A program made the translations under genes and the position numbers. The notes under the pieces are model-generated. The model did not search any database. It saw only the letters and a list, made by a program, of their open reading frames with translations, and was not told where the DNA came from. Shown piece after piece: positions 57,172 through 64,000 of a DNA stretch of 64,000 nucleotides. How positions within the stretch are numbered: position 1 is the first letter of the stretch; each line of letters begins with the position of its first letter. Source of the DNA: Macrostomum lignano (taxonomy: Eukaryota); NCBI GenBank assembly GCA_002269645.1, contig NIVC01000236.1:310001-374000 (forward strand), read 5' to 3'.

Positions 57172-60100
57172 TTCCCCTGCTCTCGCCCTGACTCCCCTGC
57201 TATCACCCTGACTCCCCTGCTATCACCCTGACTCCCCTGCTCTCACCCTGACTCCCCTGCTCTCACCCTGACTCCCCTGCTCTCACCCTGACTCCCCTGC
57301 TATCACCCTGACTCCCCTGCTATCACCCTGACTCCCCTGCTCTCACCCTGACTCCCCTGCTCTCACCCTGACTCCCCTGCTATCACCCTGACTCCCCTGC
57401 TCTCACCCTGACTCCCCTGCTATCACCCTGACTCCCCTGCTATCACCCTGACTCCCCTGCTCTCACCCTGACTCCCCTGCTATCACCCTGACTCCCCTGC
57501 TCTCACCCTGACTCCCCTGCTCTCACCCTGACTCCCCTGCTATCACCCTGACTCCCCTGCTATCACCCTGACTCCCCTGCTCTCACCCTGACTCCTGCTA
57601 TCACCCTGACTCCCCTGCTATCACCCTGACTCCCCTGCTATCACCCTGACTCCCCTGCTCTCGCCCTGACCCCTGCTATCACCCTGACTCCCCTGCTATC
57701 ACCCTGACCCCTGCTTTCACCCTGACTCCCCTATCACCCTGACTCCCCTGCTATCACCCTGACTCCCCTGTCACCCTGACTCCCCTGCTCTCGCCCTGAC
57801 TCCCTGCTATCACCCTGACTCCCCTGCTATCGCCCTGACTCCTGCTATCACCCTGACTCCCCTGCTCTCACCCTGACCCCTGCTTTCACCCTGACTCCCC
57901 TATCACCCTGACTCCCCTGCTATCACCCTGACTCCCCTGTCACCCTGACTCCCCTGCTCTCGCCCTGACTCCCTGCTATCACCCTGACTCCCCTGCTATC
58001 GCCCTGACTCCTGCTATCACCCTGACTCCCCTGCTCTCACCCTGACTCCCCTGCTCTCGCCCTGACCCCTGCTATCACCCTGACTCCCCTGCTCTCACCC
58101 TGACTCCCCTGCTATCACCCTGGCTCCCCTGCTCTCACCCTGACTCCTGCTATCACCCTGACTCCCCTGCTATCACCCTGACTCCCCTGCTATCACCCTG
58201 ACTCCCCTGCTATCACCCTGACTCCCCTGCTCTCGCCCTGACTCCCCTGCTATCACCCTGACTCCCCTGCTATCACCCTGACCCCTGCTTTCACCCTGAC
58301 TCCCCTATCACCCTGACTCCCCTGCTATCACCCTGACTCCCCTGTCACCCTGACTCCCCTGCTCTCGCCCTGACTCCCCTGCTATCGCCCTGACTCCTGC
58401 TATCACCCTGACTCCCCTGCTATCACCCTGACTCCCCTGCTATCACCCTGACTCCCCTGCTCTCGCCCTGACCCCTGCTATCACCCTGACTCCCCTGCTA
58501 TCACCCTGACCCCTGCTTTCACCCTGACTCCCCTATCACCCTGACTCCCCTGCTATCACCCTGACTCCCCTGTCACCCTGACTCCCCTGCTCTCGCCCTG
58601 ACTCCCTGCTATCACCCTGACTCCCCTGCTATCGCCCTGACTCCTGCTATCACCCTGACTCCTGCATGCTATCACCCTGACTCCTGCATGCTATCACCCT
58701 GACTCCCCTGCTCTCGCCCTGACTCCTGCTATCACCCTGACTCCCTGCTATCACCCTGACTCCTGCATGCTATCACCCTGACTCCCCTGCTATCACCCTG
58801 ACTCCTGCTATCACCCTGACTCCCCTGCTCTCGCCCTGACTCCCTGCTATCACCCTGACTCCTGCTATCACCCTGACTCCCTGCTATCACCCTGACTCCT
58901 GCATGCTATCACCCTGACTCCCCTGCTATCACCCTGACTCCTGCTATCACCCTGACTCCCCTGCTATCACCCTGACCCCTGCTATCACCCTGACTCCCCT
59001 GCTCTCGCCCTGACTCCCTGCTATCGCCCTGACTCCCTGCTATCACCCTGACTCCTGCTATCACCCTGACTCCCTGCTATCACCCTGACTCCTGCATGCT
59101 ATCACCCTGACTCCCCTGCTATCACCCTGACTCCTGCTATCACCCTGACTCCCCTGCTATCACCCTGACCCCTGCTATCACCCTGACTCCCCTGCTCTCA
59201 CCCTGACTCCCCTGCTCTCACCCTGACTCCCCTGCTCTCACCCTGACTCCCCTGCTATCACCCTGACTCCCCTGCTATCACCCTGACTCCCCTGCTCTCA
59301 CCCTGACTCCCCTGCTCTCACCCTGACTCCCCTGCTATCACCCTGACTCCCCTGCTCTCACCCTGACTCCCCTGCTATCACCCTGACTCCCCTGCTATCA
59401 CCCTGACTCCCCTGCTCTCACCCTGACTCCCCTGCTATCACCCTGACTCCCCTGCTCTCACCCTGACTCCCCTGCTATCACCCTGACTCCCCTGCTCTCA
59501 CCCTGACTCCCCTGCTCTCACCCTGACTCCCCTGCTATCACCCTGACTCCCCTGCTATCACCCTGACTCCCCTGCTCTCACCCTGACTCCTGCTATCACC
59601 CTGACTCCCCTGCTATCACCCTGACTCCCCTGCTATCACCCTGACTCCCCTGCTCTCGCCCTGACCCCTGCTATCACCCTGACTCCCCTGCTATCACCCT
59701 GACCCCTGCTTTCACCCTGACTCCCCTATCACCCTGACTCCCCTGCTATCACCCTGACTCCCCTGTCACCCTGACTCCCCTGCTCTCGCCCTGACTCCCC
59801 TGTCACCCTGACTCCCCTGCTCTCGCCCTGACTCCCTGCTATCACCCTGACTCCCCTGCTATCGCCCTGACTCCTGCTATCACCCTGACTCCCCTGCTCT
59901 CACCCTGACTCCCCTGCTCTCGCCCTGACCCCTGCTATCACCCTGACTCCCCTGCTCTCACCCTGACTCCCCTGCTATCACCCTGGCTCCCCTGCTCTCA
60001 CCCTGACTCCTGCTATCACCCTGACTCCCCTGCTATCACCCTGACTCCCCTGCTCTCGCCCTGACTCCCCTGCTATCACCCTGACTCCCCTGCTATCACC

Positions 60101-60880
60101 CTGACCCCTGCTTTCACCCTGACTCCCCTATCACCCTGACTCCCCTGCTATCACCCTGACTCCCCTGTCACCCTGACTCCCCTGCTCTCGCCCTGACTCC
60201 CCTGCTATCGCCCTGACTCCTGCTATCACCCTGACTCCCCTGCTATCACCCTGACTCCCCTGCTATCACCCTGACTCCCCTGCTCTCGCCCTGACCCCTG
60301 CTATCACCCTGACTCCCCTGCTATCACCCTGACCCCTGCTTTCACCCTGACTCCCCTATCACCCTGACTCCCCTGCTATCACCCTGACTCCCCTGTCACC
60401 CTGACTCCCCTGCTCTCGCCCTGACTCCCTGCTATCACCCTGACTCCCCTGCTATCGCCCTGACTCCTGCTATCACCCTGACTCCTGCATGCTATCACCC
60501 TGACTCCTGCATGCTATCACCCTGACTCCCCTGCTCTCGCCCTGACTCCTGCTATCACCCTGACTCCCTGCTATCACCCTGACTCCTGCATGCTATCACC
60601 CTGACTCCCCTGCTATCACCCTGACTCCTGCTATCACCCTGACTCCCCTGCTCTCGCCCTGACTCCCTGCTATCACCCTGACTCCTGCTATCACCCTGAC
60701 TCCCTGCTATCACCCTGACTCCTGCATGCTATCACCCTGACTCCCCTGCTATCACCCTGACTCCTGCTATCACCCTGACTCCCCTGCTATCACCCTGACC
60801 CCTGCTATCACCCTGACTCCCCTGCTCTCGCCCTGACTCCCTGCTATCGCCCGAACTTTCCTGCTCTCGCCTCGCCCTGA
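57172..60880. repeat. 20-bp C-rich minisatellite (CTGACTCCCCTGCT[A/C]TCACC) with indel variants, ~3.7 kb
   Basis: Direct inspection; contains a higher-order duplication. Confidence 0.95.
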
Positions 60881-61279
60881 CTCCCTCTGTACTTCTTTAC
60901 TAATCATAAAAAACGTCGTGTTTTCAATCTTCATTCCATCCTCTGCGTCTCGCTTGAGCATCGACACAAAAATTATGCAAACATGTGCGTATATCTCATT
61001 TCGTAAATCACCTGATGCGTATACCAAGTCACATCGTACTTTCACATTCACACCCGATTCGATCGGTTTCCTGTGTCATGTTTTCGTTAGATGACAGCTT
61101 CCTAACAACCGAGAGCTTCTTTAATTTGAATGCCCCACTCAAGTTGCGATGACAAACCGATTTGCAAGGTTCAAGGAGATCAAGTTCTTCCAGCTTAGAG
61201 GATTCTGGGGGGCCTCTCCAGTCCATTGATTATCATGCATCTTTTAGTATTTGTTTAGTCACAAGGGCTGGTGACGTCA

Positions 61280-61545
61280 ATGGAAGCTGTTGGAGTACTG
61301 GGGAGCTGGTGGAGTGACTGGCAGGCTGTTGGGAGTTAGTGAGGAGCTGGTAGAGGGACTATAGGAAGCTGTTGAGTACTGGGGAGTGACTATAGGAAAC
61401 TGTTGAGTACTGGGGAGCTGGTGGAGTGACTATAGGAAGCTGTTGAGTACTGGGGAGCTGGTGGAGTGACTATAGGAAGCTGTTGAGTACTGGGGAGCTG
61501 TTGGAGTGACTGACAGGCTGTTGGAGTACTAGCTGGAGTGAAGTG
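61280..61545. repeat. 40-bp imperfect repeat (TACTGGGGAGCTGGTGGAGTGACTATAGGAAGCTGTTGAG)
   Basis: About 6 copies. Confidence 0.82.
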
Positions 61546-62464
61546 AAGTGGTGGAGTGAATGGGAGCTGCGGATTCTACAACTTGCATTGTGATGATCAG
61601 TGCTTGTGCCCTCTAACCGAAACGCCACTATTCGCGTACCATACCTCTGCCGAAGGTATTGTAATATCCGTCTCAGCAAGACAAGACCGCCTGTTCAAGT
61701 ACAGTAGATATGGAAATCACCACCTTATCAGCTATGACAGACTGTACTTTTTAAATGAATGTTTCAACAGGACAGCCGAGTTAAACCACCCAAGCACTCG
61801 CCTGATCTTTGCAAAGGCTTGTTTTTACAAGAGCAGAACTGGTCCGTACTGGCTCAAAGCGCTTTAGCATAATTATACGCGAACTTGCTCGCACTGCGCT
61901 AAATTCGTACTCATGTTATTGAGTTTGTACAAAATATTTAAAATTTTGCGCGTTTTTCCGAACAAGTTCATGTACGCTTATTCGTTAGATTTATTAAAAA
62001 AAACTTTCAATTCTACTCGTATAGCAGTCCCTCATTTTTCGAGGTAATTAATAAGGCAAAAACTCGAACGCCCCATTGTGCTACTGATAGTAGAGCAGTA
62101 GAAGAGAGCAAGAAAAACATTGAATAAATCATCACTGCATGATGGCTAGCTGTCAGTTTTAATAAAGTTGCTGAGAACGAGGAGCACACAAGGAACTGCC
62201 TACACGGATAAAGTGGCAGAAAAATTGGTTAATAAGCTGCTAAATTTAGATAATTGCTACGTAAGGCTTGGAAAACAAAAATTCCTACGGGCAAGTTGCA
62301 CTACAAGCACACCGAAAAAAACAGTAAACATAAAACGAGTTACAACCAGCGCTGATTGCAAATGCACAACTGCTGCTAACTGCAACCCCGTAAACTCGCG
62401 CATCCTTTAAACTAAAGAGAGAAACACGACTCAAAATGACACCAGATTACCACTAGCTCGTAGT

Positions 62465-62850
62465 CCATGGACGAGTCAAATCGGGTTGAGTTATCAAATT
62501 GGCAGTCCATGGACCAGTCCAATGGGCTGGGCTTATCAAATTGGCAGTCCATGGACCAGTTCAATGGGTTGGGCTTATCAAATTGGCAGTCCATGGACCA
62601 GTTTAATAGGATGGGTTATCAAATTGGCAATCCATGGACCAGTCCAATAGGATTGTTATCAAATTGGGAGTCCATGGACCAGTTCAATGGGTTGGGCTTA
62701 TCAAATTGGCAGTCCATGGACCAGTCCAATAGGCTGGGCTTATCAAATTGGCAGTCCATGGACCAGTTCAATAGGCTGGGCTTACAAATTGGCAGTCCTT
62801 GGACCAGTTCAATAGGCTGGGCTTATCAAATTGGCAGTCCATGGACCATA
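62465..62850. repeat. 42-bp minisatellite (GTCCATGGACCAGTTCAATAGGCTGGGCTTATCAAATTGGCA)
   Basis: About 9 copies just downstream of the LMF2-like stop. Confidence 0.9.
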
Positions 62851-62868
62851 GGCTGGGCCTATGGGATC

Positions 62869-64000
62869 TCAGCCTGCCAGGACGGCCCCGGAAGCCATCC
62901 GGACGCAGGCCGCGGTCACCGATGCGGACGCCACCGCCCAAAAGCCGTCTGGCTGGCCGATCGCCGCTCTGATGGCCGTCGCCAGTCGAGCAGCGGCAGC
63001 GGCAACAGCGGAGCTCACCGACGGCCCGCCAGTTGGCTTCGGCGGCGGCGGTGGAATCTTAGAGATTCCCTGCGATTCGGCGAAGCGAGCCATGGTGGCC
63101 AGGTTCACCGGCTGAAGGTATTCAGCCTGCAGCTCCCGCCGCCACCAGCGGCCTCGCCGGCTGTCGGGGTCGCCCCGCCTGGTGAACCGGTAGATGTACA
63201 GCTGGCCACGGATGTACCGAGGTGGCGACGACCCGGCAAATGGATTTTCATCCAGCAGGGCGAGGACGCTGGGCTCGTTGCTTAGCAACCGGTGAACCAG
63301 GTGCAGCAGCCGGGGATTCTGCTGGTAGCTGCCGAGAGCGGCGAACCACATCTGCCAGTCTAGGCGGGGCTGGTGCGGCGCCGCCAGGCTGGGGGCTCGG
63401 CTGAGGTTGCCCGGCTTGTGCGGGAAGCCGAACTCAAGCCACGGCCCCTCCGCGCTGTGCGAGCCCTCCAGCACCAGCTGAATGTGGTGGAATGTGGGAG
63501 AATGTGGGAGATCTGATGGCGGCTGTGGGAGCTCTGATGGCGATTGTGGGAGCTCTGATGGCGACTGTGGGAGATCTGATGGCGGCTGTGGGAGCTCTGA
63601 TGGCGACTGTGGGAGATCTGATGGCGACTGTGGGAGCTCTGATGGCGACTGTGGGAGATCTGATGGCGACTGTGGGAGCTCTGATGGCGACTGTGGAGAT
63701 CTGATGGCGACTGTGGGAGATCTGATGGCGGCTGTGGGAGATCTGATGGCGACTGTGGGAGCTCTGATGGAGACAATGGGAGATCTGATGGCGGCTGTGG
63801 GAGATCTGATGGCGACTGTGGGAGCTCTGATGGAGACAATGGGAGATCTGATGGGGACTGCGGGAAATCTGGGAGGCAAGCAAAAAGCCGAGCTCACCGC
63901 CTGAAAAGTCCGTAGCTGTTGACAATCTCCAGGCCGCTGGTTCGGCCATAGACGCTGCGCACCGCATACGGCAGCTGAGCTTGCAGGGCCTCGTCGGTGG
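62869..64000 (-). CDS. LMF2: lipase maturation factor 2-like, 3' part (continues beyond the window); may be defective
   Basis: Exon >64000-63898 encodes ...EIVNSYGLFRR. Exon 63477-62869 encodes LVLEGS...APHQPRLDWQMWFAALG...WWRR. The two exon phases are incompatible (see findings). Confidence 0.82.
   Translation of the reverse strand, partial: HRRGPASSAAVCGAQRLWPNQRPGDCQQLRTFQAVSSAFCLPPRFPAVPIRSPIVSIRAPTVAIRSPTAAIRSPIVSIRAPTVAIRSPTAAIRSPTVAIRSPQSPSELPQSPSDLPQSPSELPQSPSDLPQSPSELPQPPSDLPQSPSELPQSPSELPQPPSDLPHSPTFHHIQLVLEGSHSAEGPWLEFGFPHKPGNLSRAPSLAAPHQPRLDWQMWFAALGSYQQNPRLLHLVHRLLSNEPSVLALLDENPFAGSSPPRYIRGQLYIYRFTRRGDPDSRRGRWWRRELQAEYLQPVNLATMARFAESQGISKIPPPPPKPTGGPSVSSAVAAAAARLATAIRAAIGQPDGFWAVASASVTAACVRMASGAVLAG
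63495..63860. repeat. 21-bp minisatellite (GGGAGATCTGATGGCGACTGT) filling the LMF2-like intron
   Basis: About 17 copies. Confidence 0.92.

Noticed and set aside
61556-62410. Cys-containing ORFs 61556-61867 and 62168-62410 (CKC motif recalling cystine-knot hormones)
   Set aside because: Low GC3 compared with real exons here, non-ATG starts, no splice support, and an incomplete cysteine pattern.

Overview
Eukaryotic (animal) genomic DNA with GC-rich coding exons and GT-AG introns full of 15-50 bp minisatellites. This style resembles the flatworm Macrostomum lignano, but that is inference only. I assembled seven spliced genes by hand, checking intron phase at each junction: a UPF0489/C5orf22-like protein (+, 5' partial), an SLC1/EAAT glutamate transporter (-, 8 exons), an uncharacterised coiled-coil/degenerate EF-hand protein (+), a secreted fibrinogen-domain protein (-), S-adenosylmethionine decarboxylase AMD1 (+, 8 exons), a MEST-like alpha/beta hydrolase (+) and the 3' end of an LMF2-like lipase maturation factor (-). 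There is also a full-length DD34D mariner with one premature stop, hAT-like MITEs (one family carries an internal minisatellite) and about 29 tandem arrays. Most long ORFs in the supplied track are repeat artefacts. The main observations: (1) AMD1 has a uORF whose stop overlaps an in-frame ATG (TAATG), an 88-codon in-frame tail after its TAG, and Asn at the putrescine-site Asp174 position; (2) several intronic minisatellites are built from splice signals, including a 38-bp unit that repeats cag|TCT|gtgag about 33 times; (3) the LMF2-like gene lacks a conserved peptide between two phase-incompatible exons. There are no prokaryotic features and no CRISPR array.
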